Position numbers and translations under genes: made by a program
Notes under the pieces: model-generated
The model's input: only the letters and a program-made list of their open reading frames with translations
Told to the model about the DNA's origin: nothing
Database searches by the model: none
NCBI GenBank assembly: GCA_032718475.1
Contig: JAUCBJ010001633.1
Span: 1-33,834, forward strand
Reading direction: 5' to 3'
Source of the DNA: Nemertoderma westbladi
Taxonomy: Eukaryota > Animalia > Xenacoelomorpha
DNA: 33,834 nt
Shown here: positions 10,707 through 20,915 of the stretch, one piece after another
Layout: each line of letters opens with the position of its first letter
Numbering within the stretch: the first letter of the stretch is position 1

Positions 10707-13700
10707 TGTCGTTCTGTCGTTCTGTCGTTCTGTCGTGTTCAATTTTAAACGTTAATAACTCGGCCAATCTTTGATGAAATCTATCCAAACTTGGTACACA
10801 TGTTGTTTGGCAAAAGTTTAGAAATTTTCCAAGTAGAATTTCCGTGTGGCCTTCGAGAAGCTAAGATAATAGCAGTTAATTAGTTAATTAAGTTGATTGC
10901 GGTGAAAACGCCATTTTCAACCTGCCTTTTAAAGGAAATTAATTGTTTTACAGTATAAGATTTAAATAATTATACTTAAAAATTATACAGATATAATCCC
11001 CATACGCCATTCTATTATAGTTTTTAATTAGTTTAAGTGATTTGCTTTAATAAATGTGTCTTTAATTGATCTAAACGTAATTAAACCGCACAATTATTGA
11101 GTACAAATTTAATCCTTCCCATTATTGGTCAAGTCTCTGCTGGTGTGGAGCTAGCTGCTGGGAGTTGTGGCTGTAGACTAACCTGAGAGGAATTGTAATA
11201 GAGGCAACCAGTATTGCTATTCCAGCCCAATCACTGAATTGTGTTTATTATAGGCTGGACGGGCCGCATAACCGTTCGACTATTACTACTATTGCTATCT
11301 CAGTTAAATGACAGATATAATAACATAAATACAATCCATGGCATGGCTGTTGTAGGCTTCTGAAATACAGTAGTTTATTCCACAATGTATATGTCTGGTT
11401 ATTTTTTAATTGAATTTTTGCAAAGTAGTAAAATTAATGTTCTTAAAAATAATATTATTATTTTATATGTAACCTAGGAAATTAGCTACATTTTTTCGCT
11501 GCAGCTTTAAGAGTGTACATTGATTTAATATTATTTCAATACCCATATTACTACATCGGCATAAGATGCGTTGGCGTTGTATCACACATCTCCACATATC
11601 ACACATCTCCACATAGATGTATCAACAGTTACTCGCACAGTTTCGAAACTTCGCATAGTTATAACTGTATAAAGATCGTCAGTCTGCGTTTAGGAAAAAT
11701 ATTTTATGACAAAACAGGACAAGCGACGAGCGCAACGAGGCATATAATGAAGACGAGTACTGCGTTGACTAAATTATTATATAAACCACCTGGCTTCACA
11801 TATTGATCGCATCCCTAGTTATTATTATTATAAAGATCGTCCTAGCTTGCGTTTAAGAAATATATTTAAATACAAAACAGGACGAACGCAAAGAGGCTTA
11901 TAATGAAAACGAGTACTGCGTTTATTATATTCCTATAAACCACCTGGCTTTGCATATTTAACGTGCGATTGGAAATAAGTTCGTGCTACCCTTCCGTGGG
12001 TGGTAGATGTCGCGGTTATGTATTGGTGGTTGGGAAGGGTGGGGGGGGGGGGGGAGATTAAAAGGGGTGAACACGTACTGTCCACCTTTCTTTGATTGAT
12101 TGGTGGTGTGGGTAAATTTCTCAAAACCTGATTTTGTGATACAGTCGCTGCATTTTAATTTGTATATAATAACTAGGCCTCGTGCTGCGCGAAGTCCCCA
12201 CGAACGTGTCGTTCTGTCGTTCTGTCGTTCTGTCGTGTTCAATTTTAAACGTTAATAACTCGGCCAATCTTTGATGAAATCTATCCAAACTTGGTACACA
12301 TGTTGTTTGGCAAAAGTTTAGAAATTTTCCAAGTAGAATTTCCGTGTGGCCTTCGAGAAGCTAAGATAATAGCAGTTAATTAGTTAATTAAGTTGATTGC
12401 GGTGAAAACGCCATTTTCAACCTGCCTTTTAAAGGAAATTAATTGTTTTACAGTATAAGATTTAAATAATTATACTTAAAAATTATACAGATATAATCCC
12501 CATACGCCATTCTATTATAGTTTTTAATTAGTTTAAGTGATTTGCTTTAATAAATGTGTCTTTAATTGATCTAAACGTAATTAAACCGCACAATTATTGA
12601 GTACAAATTTAATCCTTCCCATTATTGGTCAAGTCTCTGCTGGTGTGGAGCTAGCTGCTGGGAGTTGTGGCTGTAGACTAACCTGAGAGGAATTGTAATA
12701 GAGGCAACCAGTATTGCTATTCCAGCCCAATCACTGAATTGTGTTTATTATAGGCTGGACGGGCCGCATAACCGTTCGACTATTACTACTATTGCTATCT
12801 CAGTTAAATGACAGATATAATAACATAAATACAATCCATGGCATGGCTGTTGTAGGCTTCTGAAATAGTTTATTCCACAATGTATATGTCTGGTTATTTT
12901 TTAATTGAATTTTTGCAAAGTAGTAAAATTAATGTTCTTAAAAATAATATTATTATTTTATATGTAACCTAGGAAATTAGCTACATTTTTTCGCTGCAGC
13001 TTTAAGAGTGTACATTGATTTAATATTATTTCAATACCCATATTACTACATCGGCATAAGATGCGTTGGCGTTGTATCACACATCTCCACATATCACACA
13101 TCTCCACATAGATGTATCAACAGTTACTCGCACAGTTTCGAAACTTCGCATAGTTATAACTGTATAAAGATCGTCAGTCTGCGTTTAGGAAAAATATTTT
13201 ATGACAAAACAGGACAAGCGACGAGCGCAACGAGGCATATAATGAAGACGAGTACTGCGTTGACTAAATTATTATATAAACCACCTGGCTTCACATATTG
13301 ATCGCATCCCTAGTTATTATTATTATAAAGATCGTCCTAGCTTGCGTTTAAGAAATATATTTAAATACAAAACAGGACGAACGCAAAGAGGCTTATAATG
13401 AAAACGAGTACTGCGTTTATTATATTCCTATAAACCACCTGGCTTTGCATATTTAACGTGCGATTGGAAATAAGTTCGTGCTACCCTTCCGTGGGTGGTA
13501 GATGTCGCGGTTATGTATTGGTGGTTGGGAAGGGTGGGGGGGGGGGGGGGGGGGGAGATTAAAAGGGGTGAACACGTACTGTCCACCTTTCTTTGATTGA
13601 TTGGTGGTGTGGGTAAATTTCTCAAAACCTGATTTTGTGATACAGTCGCTGCATTTTAATTTGTATATAATAACTAGGCCTCGTGCTGCGCGAAGTCCCC

Positions 13701-13707
13701 ACGAACG
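10707..13707. repeat. ~1500-bp head-to-tail duplication
   Basis: 10707-12206 vs 12207-13707. Differences seen are a 5-bp indel (~11366 vs ~12866) and the length of a G-run. Identical 97-aa ORFs at 11513 and 13008. Confidence 0.97.
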
Positions 13708-14131
13708 TGTCCTGGAATATAGTGTCGTTATTCAAGTACCTGGACCACCCCCCAAAAAAAAAAATTTTCTACAAATCTTAATGAGATTGCATGAAATTTG
13801 AAACAGAGATAGTTTCACCTCCCTCCTCCTTGCTGGGTGAGCCAGAATTTTTATTTTCAATCTTTAGCAACACGCGTTTGAAAAAGGTGTTTCCGGTGAT
13901 ATTTCATCAGTTACACCTCTGGTATTCATGAACCTTATCGTGAATTGTTGGTATAAATAGAAAGCTACCCATGCAAGGATTCCTAAAAATGTAAAAATAT
14001 TTGAATTTGGTTGGGAAATAGCTGAGATATGAGCGTTCAAAAGTTTCATGGTTTTGCACCTGCGCGAGGCTGTTTTATTCTATTAAATAAAAATACCATA
14101 TTCTAGACAGATACTATATATTTATGGCTAT

Positions 14132-15342
14132 TAATTAATTATTAAATGTAAATATTTTCTTATAGCACAATGAGGCACACTAACTAAATTAATATAAACT
14201 ACCTACCTAACTATATACAAAAGTTCAAGATCAGTCTAACCCGCTGAGTCAGTGGGGGGCGCGGGGGCAGCTGGCGACAAAACCTCGTCGTAGAGGCCGT
14301 CGGACAGAGGGTCCATGGAGCCGAGGATGGAGGCCGTGTTGCCGATCAAGATGGCTACGAGGAGACGTTGGAGGAGGAACCGATGGGATCGCGGCTCCTG
14401 AGTGGCTGCGTGGAGGCGTCGGCCAACCTCCTTAAGGAATGCAGCCGTCTCAGGACCGGGCCGACCGAAGGTCTCGAATGCTACCGGGTAGAAGAGGTAG
14501 CTCCCTCGGACGGTCAGTTCCTCGTATTTCTTAATCTTTGAGTTTTCCGCCTCCTCGACAACACGGCGGCCGGCCTGCGTGCTCTGGGCGAGATGACTGG
14601 GAGCGAGGGGATCGACGACGGTCGCATCCCAGGTCATCGGCCGGCCCCCACTCCACGATTCGAGGGTAACGCCATCGACACGCTTCCCATCAGCTCTACA
14701 CAACCCGACCGGTTCAAGGCGAGCTCTAACCCCACAGGAGGCCAATGCACGTTTCACTATGTCGTTTAACATAGAGTGGCGTGGCAGCCTCCCGGCGCTT
14801 CTCACACAGGATAGTCCGTGGAGACCATCCGGTTTTACTTCGGATCCGCACCGGGAGCACCTGTGGGGTTCGGTTAACTTGCAACCGAGGCGTGTGGCGA
14901 CAGAAACCCTGAACTGGGAGTCCGTGAGTTTCAGCCCTAGCGAGCTGATGGGAATAGCGTCCAGCCAACAACCGGATACCGGGTCGTCGACAACGTTAAG
15001 GCGGGCGATCTCGAGTGGCGTTGTTGTGGCTGCCCGCAGTGCCGCGCGGTTCGCCTCGTGGAGTGGCTCCATCCAGGCCCTCTGTATGGTGGTGTCGGTT
15101 GGTGTGGTGGTTCCGGCGGGGAGGGCGGCCTTCCACACCTCGTGGGCGCGTGGTACCGAGGCGGGTTGTCTGGAGGGCTCGAATAAGCGGCTCGAGAAAG
15201 CAGTGCACGCAGCAGCTGAAGCCAAGTAGGCGGAAGGTGCTAGCTGCAGTGCAGAGCTCAATCCGAGGCCACCCATACGGGCCGGGAGACAGGCCTGGAC
15301 CCACGCTGAGTCTGAGATCCGGGTGTTCGCGATCTTCTGGAG
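14132..15342 (-). mobile_element. CRE-like non-LTR retrotransposon (restriction-like endonuclease group), 5'-truncated
   Basis: GC-rich insert. ORF ends at 14236. AT-rich 3'UTR ending in TAAT repeats. Candidate TSD GGCTAT at 14126-14131 and 15343-15348 (short, tentative). Confidence 0.82.
14236..15342 (-). pseudogene. C-terminal RT thumb, CCHC knuckle and RLE domain of a CRE-like ORF (open frame, N-terminally truncated)
   Basis: LPARMGGLGL; CSRC...HGLSC..RHSMLND; RVDG...WDATV...AENSKIKKY...FYPVAFETFG. The first ~55 aa of the track ORF are read-in from flanking AT-rich DNA. Confidence 0.88.
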
Positions 15343-15613
15343 GGCTATGTTTGAATAGCTACGTAATAGTATGTTTAAAGAAGTATTGCATTGTTGCCCA
15401 GCTACGTATGGGATAAACAAAATGTTCTGGAATATGATGTATTTATTAAATAGAATAAATGGCGTGGAGGGGAAGCATATACAATGCAACTTTCGAGTGG
15501 CCCATATTTTGCTGCACACGCTATCTGCATATCGAAATCTTATATTTTTACCAGAGAACTATTCCACTTCTGAGCGCATACTATTTTCGTCTCAAATCCG
15601 TGCTGTATATTAC

Positions 15614-16435
15614 TGTTAAGATTGTTTGTCCGTTGCCCAGCATCGGTTGCCGTAACTCTATTGGTTGCCATACTTTACGATGTTCTTGCGCCCCATTGGC
15701 TGTTCTATTTTTACAGTGCTTATATAGTCGATGTTCATCCTGCTATTTTCTAGGCATAACCTTATACCATTTTAAGCCTGTTACGAGTCATGTAACTAGC
15801 AGGACCTATGAAATTTCTCCTTACTGTACACATTAACTTACTGTACACATTGTAACTTACTGTAGACATTGTAACTTACTGTACACATTGTAACTTACTG
15901 TACACATTGTAACTTACTGTATACATTGTAACTTACTGTACACATTGTAACTTACTGTATACATTGTAACTTACTGTACACATTGTAACTTACTGTTGAC
16001 ATTGTACACTTACTGTACACATTGTAACTTACTGTACACATTGTAACTTACTGTATACATTGTAACTTACTGTACACATTGTAACTTGCTGTATTACATC
16101 ATTAACTTGCTGTGCGTATTAAATCTTATCGTTATAGTTATTATTATTGCTTTATATTGGTGATGAATATACAAGACCGGAGATCACACCAACTTGCTTT
16201 CCACCTGGTTAGTGCTGACTGCACCCTGTCTGTAATAGATTCGGTTCATTTAGTGCGAGTGTGTGTCTTCTTAATACTGCAATATTATTCCCCAACTTGT
16301 AACTATAACCTATCGATACCAAGATGTGTGCAGTACGAGTGAATTGTGCGCTTACCACGCACTAGGTCCGACATAGTGTCCTACCTGTAATATAAATAAG
16401 TCACACGTACATTTACCGTTGTGTACAACACAACA
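15614..16435 (+). mobile_element. Possible solo LTR
   Basis: TGTT...AACA termini, two ATTGG boxes (~15660, ~15694), TATA-like CTTATATAG at ~15719, AT-rich polyA-like signal at ~16389-16399. Flanks TTAC/TAAC are an imperfect TSD. Confidence 0.33.
15820..16112. repeat. 19-bp minisatellite (CTTACTGTACACATTGTAA), ~15 copies
   Basis: 19-bp period visible from 15837 to 16090, degenerate edge units. Confidence 0.95.
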
Positions 16436-17087
16436 TAACGGAACGGTTTACACGTAAATATTACCTTATTCCCTTGAAGCATTTTATAGTGCCAAAGCTA
16501 TATACTTACAGTAATTGATTGTACATTCAGACCAGATATATATATTAGATAATATAAGAAACAATATGGGTACAGTACAACCTGACTGGCGAAATATATA
16601 TATAGAAACAAACAATATTTACTACCGGTCTGATTTGTTTATTACTCTATTTCAGTATCTGGTTTCATTTCCTGTATTATATTGGTCAATTGGTACTGTG
16701 CTGTATTTAGATAGGATAGGGACTCACAGTACACTGCCGATGATGGAGCTGTGTTTCCCCGGGTACAGTGTTTAAATCCTGAAACCCTTTATTTTTATCA
16801 AATTTTGTATGTAAACTTACCCCTTTCGGCGGACTAAAAGTCCTGTATTTTCTAATATATAGGATAGTTATTCGTGCAGTTATTAAAGTGTTTATTTGTA
16901 GTTAGGTTTCATTTTTGATAGGAGACTGGATCACATTGTTTCTATATTAGATAATATATATATACATAAACATTCGTGAGTGTTCCTGCTACGTGGCAGG
17001 TATCCCAAGGCACCTGATAGCAGTCACAAGAGTTACAAACAAACTCGCTTTGCAGCTGATGTGGGGTTAGCCTCCCGTAAAAGCCTT

Positions 17088-17190
17088 GACAGTGAAATTT
17101 CAATTTCCATTCACTGCGCCCAGGACAGTGAAATTTCATTTTCCAACACTGACCCAAGACAGTGCCCCCCCCCCCCCCCCCCCCCCCCCC
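17088..17190. repeat. ~35-bp imperfect repeat (2.2 copies, GACAGTGAAATTTCA...) followed by a poly-C run
   Basis: GACAGTG at 17088, 17124 and 17158. C-run at 17165-17190. Confidence 0.75.
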
Positions 17191-17521
17191 GTACAATCAA
17201 TTATATTACCATCATAACATCAAATGATTGGTTACAGTAGGCTGTTGTGAAACTGATCACTTTACTATATTTACTGCGTCCAACAGTTTCCGTGTAAGTA
17301 AACTACTTCAATTACGTTTAGAACTAGTGTTGTGTTATTTGCACATGTTTTTGTTTTGCTTGATATTGAGAACTGAATGCTTTATCGACGAATTGTTAAG
17401 GGATTTGAATCATTACATTATCCACGAGGTGTAAATTCTCCGAACGTGTTGAGCTGTGAGACCTACGTTCCCCGCGGGAGGTGTAATAGTCATTTAACCA
17501 CAGTTAAATGGATTTTCCGCA

Positions 17522-17839
17522 ATGGAGATTGTGTATCTTGATATTGCTGCTGCTGGTGGCTCATTAATCCTGTTTAGCTACCTACTGTATCTATACACAC
17601 AGTATAGACATTTGGTTCAGGGTAACGCATGCTTACTGTATGGTAGGCCTACAGTTTACAAGCCTTTACCTATTAAGAAAGTGCTTGTGATTGGCTCCAT
17701 TCTAGACCAGGCAGTCAACATTGCCGTCTTTGTTTATATTATATTGTATGGGTTTGGCCAAGGCAGGAAAACTTATTACAATAATACACATCCAGCCTTT
17801 GGCTGGAATTCCGGAGTTATTTTATATCTGTTATATTGA
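17522..17839 (+). CDS. Small hydrophobic ORF (105 aa, 2-3 predicted TM segments), hypothetical
   Basis: ATG in GCAATGG context. Hydrophobic runs IAAAGGSLILFSYLLYLY and AVNIAVFVYIILYGF. Stop lies 69 bp before the gag ATG. Confidence 0.4.
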   Translation: MEIVYLDIAAAGGSLILFSYLLYLYTQYRHLVQGNACLLYGRPTVYKPLPIKKVLVIGSILDQAVNIAVFVYIILYGFGQGRKTYYNNTHPAFGWNSGVILYLLY

Positions 17840-17908
17840 TTTTCTGTAAAAGTTAAATTTTTACTGCGATTTTTTCGATTTTGTCAAGTGAAAGTTATCT
17901 TGCAACGC

Positions 17909-19138
17909 ATGGATAGCAATTGCAATTTACCTTTAGGGTCAATAATAATAAAACACAATGGTGCTATTTTTTCTTTACGACTGAATGAGAAAAACGAACG
18001 TAAAGAATTGGAACTTACTAATGAAGCAGTAATTGGCGAGATTCGCCAGAAAGCCCCCCTTACTAACGAAACAGCTGTCTGTATTGAAAAATTAAATTAT
18101 TTAGTCCACGAAAGGGAAGAATCGTTGGTTTTAATCCCAAGTATGATTCGCTCCCCAGACAGATCACCTACAGTATCAGAGGTGGGGGTAGATGTACAAG
18201 GTACAAACAAAAATCAACTACCAAGTGAAATAAATTGGTCTCAGATAGCCAAGGAGATTATTAAACAAGTCGCTGGGGGTCCCAGTCAGAGTGGAGGGAC
18301 ATTGAATGGAAAGTTAGATTCCCAAGTTACAGACGAGGAGGAGTTCGATGATATTTCCACTAAAATGATTCCGGAAGACGTCACTGCTGATAGACCGCTG
18401 CCCAAAGCAATTATTAAAAAGCTCCGATCCCGAAAGAAGTTCATAGAGCTTTCAGATGTGGCGACATATGAGGATACATGTGGTAGTAATGGGTCATACA
18501 ACGGCAATGGCAGCTATAAATCAGCTGGAAAGATAAAGTCAACCGGTGGTTTGTTGTCAGCCCTGTTAACGTTATCACGTTATAAGTGTGCGCTATTTCC
18601 AGAGGATGCACCGGGTATATTGGGTTACTACTCAACGCTATTAGAAATGGCTCCACACTACTCATTTGAGTTCCTTCAGCGCGTTGACAGGGACCATAGA
18701 TTAAGAGTTGAGTCAGGATCTTCATGGAACCGTGAAATCAGAGCCAGAAAGGCCGTTGATGAAGATATTCTGCCTTCGTGTCGGCACTGCGAGCATTCTC
18801 ACTTGGGGCACTGCGTGAAGGCCCCGACATCGGCTCATACACAAGGGTATCGAAATCGTTCAGCGAAATCATACAAGCGACCGTTTAGCAACGATAATTA
18901 TTACGACAATTCCAACAATAAATGCCGCTTCTGCAAGAAATACGGCCATGTACAGTCAGATTGTTTCTCTTTGAAAAGAGCTCTAAATTTCAACGAGGCA
19001 TCCAACGCGGTCCACAGCGCGGTAGACAAAGACAGACGTGGTTACAACAATGATCCATTGCCCAAAATACAGCCACGGTCATTTAGCGGTAATAAAAGCA
19101 ATGGTTCCTCTTATATTCAGCAAGCTCCGTCTCAATGA
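17909..19138 (+). CDS. Gag-like protein of the Ngaro/DIRS element with two zinc knuckles
   Basis: Uninterrupted ORF. KFIELSDV and ..Y....P...I..Y...L..M..Y.......DRDHR......W pattern typical of Ngaro Gag. CRHCEHSHLGHC and CRFCKKYGHVQSDC (CX2CX4HX4C). Confidence 0.75.
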   Translation: MDSNCNLPLGSIIIKHNGAIFSLRLNEKNERKELELTNEAVIGEIRQKAPLTNETAVCIEKLNYLVHEREESLVLIPSMIRSPDRSPTVSEVGVDVQGTNKNQLPSEINWSQIAKEIIKQVAGGPSQSGGTLNGKLDSQVTDEEEFDDISTKMIPEDVTADRPLPKAIIKKLRSRKKFIELSDVATYEDTCGSNGSYNGNGSYKSAGKIKSTGGLLSALLTLSRYKCALFPEDAPGILGYYSTLLEMAPHYSFEFLQRVDRDHRLRVESGSSWNREIRARKAVDEDILPSCRHCEHSHLGHCVKAPTSAHTQGYRNRSAKSYKRPFSNDNYYDNSNNKCRFCKKYGHVQSDCFSLKRALNFNEASNAVHSAVDKDRRGYNNDPLPKIQPRSFSGNKSNGSSYIQQAPSQ

Positions 19139-19642
19139 GGTTACATTTCAACACTCATACTGGTTAAAATGGGTAGTGATAACGTGTTAACGTTTTTCAC
19201 TTTGTTGTATCGTGTTGTTAGTTGTTATATATATATATGCATTCATTTATTAACTGTAATACTAGTGAGTATTATTTGTTCTTTGCTTCATGAATTCAGT
19301 CTATGTAGATACTGAAATATATGATCGAAACGTTTATTTTTTTTTTTTTCTTCTCGTCCTAGTTTAGAAATTTTTATTATATTATACTCTCTATAAATCA
19401 TAGATGAAGTCAGTATTTTATATTATAGGTTCTTTGATATATATATGGTAAAATATTATTATGGTATAATATGATATACCGTATTATGGTATAAGTTGGT
19501 ATATATTATTTCTGCTTATATCCTAACATATTAAGTTCAATATTACTAGTTATTTTCGATACCATTAAGGTGATGTTATAAAGTATATTAAAATTATACG
19601 GAAATGTTATTCAGATATTATATCATATTTATAATTATTGAT

Positions 19643-20530
19643 GAAAGACTTACGGATGCGGAGTTGTCTTTCAATAATGTTTAATAGATGTAAGACCTAC
19701 GGAGTAGGCTTTCAATAACAGTTACTAGATGTAAGACCTACGGAGTAGGCTTTCAATAACAGTAACTAGATGTAAGACCTACGGAGTAGGCTTTCGATAA
19801 CATTAACTAGATGTAAGACCTACGGAGTAGGCTTTCAATAACAGTTACTAGATGTAAGACCTACGGAGTAGGCTTTCGATAACATTAACTAGATGTAAGA
19901 CCTACGGAGTAGGCTTTCGATAACATTAACTAGATGTAAGACCTACGGAGTAGGCTTTCGATAACATTAACTAGATGTAAGACCTACGGAGTAGGCTTTC
20001 AATAACAGTTACTAGATGTAAGACCTACGGAGTAGGCTTTCGATAACATTAACTAGATGTAAGACCTACGGAGTAGGCTTTCAATAACAGTAACTAGATG
20101 TAAGACCTACGGAGTAGGCTTTCAATACCAGTGACTAGATGCAAGACCTACGGTGTAGGCTTTCGATAACATTAACTAGATGTAAGACCCACGGAGTAGG
20201 CTTTCAATAACAGTAACTAGATGTAAGACCTACAGAGTAGGCTTTCAATAATGTTTGATAAGATGTAAGACCTACGCTGTAGGCTTTCGATAACAATAAC
20301 TAGATGTAAGACCTACGGAGTAGGCCTTCAATAATGTTTACTACTAGGATCGGCATGCTCAATAATGTTTACTAGAAGTAAGATCTAGACAGAGTAGGCT
20401 TTCAATGTTTACTAGATGTAAGACCTACGGCGTAGGCTTTCAATAATGTTTAATAGATGTAAGACCTACGGAGTAGGCTTTCAATAGTGCTTACTACTTG
20501 ATCTAAGATCTACGCAGTCAGTTTCCAACT
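19643..20530. repeat. 41-bp tandem array (~20 units), each with a CCTAC-GGA-GTAGG hairpin
   Basis: TAGATGTAAGACCTACGGAGTAGGCTTT plus a 13-bp variable part (CAATAACAGTTAC, CAATAACAGTAAC, CGATAACATTAAC, CAATAATGTTTAA). Units start at 19685, 19726, 19767 and onward. Edges are degenerate. Confidence 0.96.
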
Positions 20531-20915
20531 ACGAAACATACAAACTTTCTGGGTTTCCTGACTGCAAACAAATCTTCGTCATACACTTCATAGTCAATAA
20601 CAATCTAACCGCTAAACGGCGTAATCGCATTTCTTGTCATTTCTCCATTATTACAGTTTAGACTACATTACTTTTTAACAGCCAATGACACTGCAGGTGC
20701 AACTACACAGAGCCATAACGATAGAAACAACTATCAGCCATAATATTATTGGTGGTTAATATAGTAAGCACACACTGAATAGAATAATACAATACCGATA
20801 ATATGAAGGTATTTATTTAAAGTTGTTATTTACGTTCAATGTGTGGTTACATAGTTTGACTTTACAGTACCAATGTACGTACGATGAGTTTTATATAGAT
20901 AATGTTTTATATACC

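Larger units (their letters stand above)
10503..13711 (+). mobile_element. Non-autonomous Helentron-associated (HINE/DINE-1/pearl-like) element, internally duplicated
   Basis: T-rich start, GC-rich subterminal block (GTGGGG at the 5' end, CCCCAC near the 3' end), (TGTCGTTC)n microsatellite at 10691-10730, ATAACTCGG...AAACTTGGTACAC core, diverged ~160-bp internal dimer. No coding capacity. Terminal stem-loop not clearly seen. Confidence 0.55.

Noticed and set aside
11128-11245. Captured host exon in the HINE-like element (minus strand, CAG|GTTAGT)
   Set aside because: Short frames with no convincing domain match, so not supportable without a search.
11513-13301. Duplicated 97-aa gene
   Set aside because: Non-ATG start, no recognisable domain, and identity is explained by the 1.5-kb duplication.
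14726-15416. Overlapping ORFs in alternative frames or antisense to the CRE-like ORF
   Set aside because: Expected in GC-rich coding DNA, with no motifs.
16650-16810. Innexin-like exon (VFPRVQC)
   Set aside because: In-frame stop, wrong spacing, and only a 4-residue match.
19643-20530. CRISPR array (palindromic repeat plus variable part)
   Set aside because: The variable parts are only 13 bp, recur, and are point variants of each other. No cas genes.
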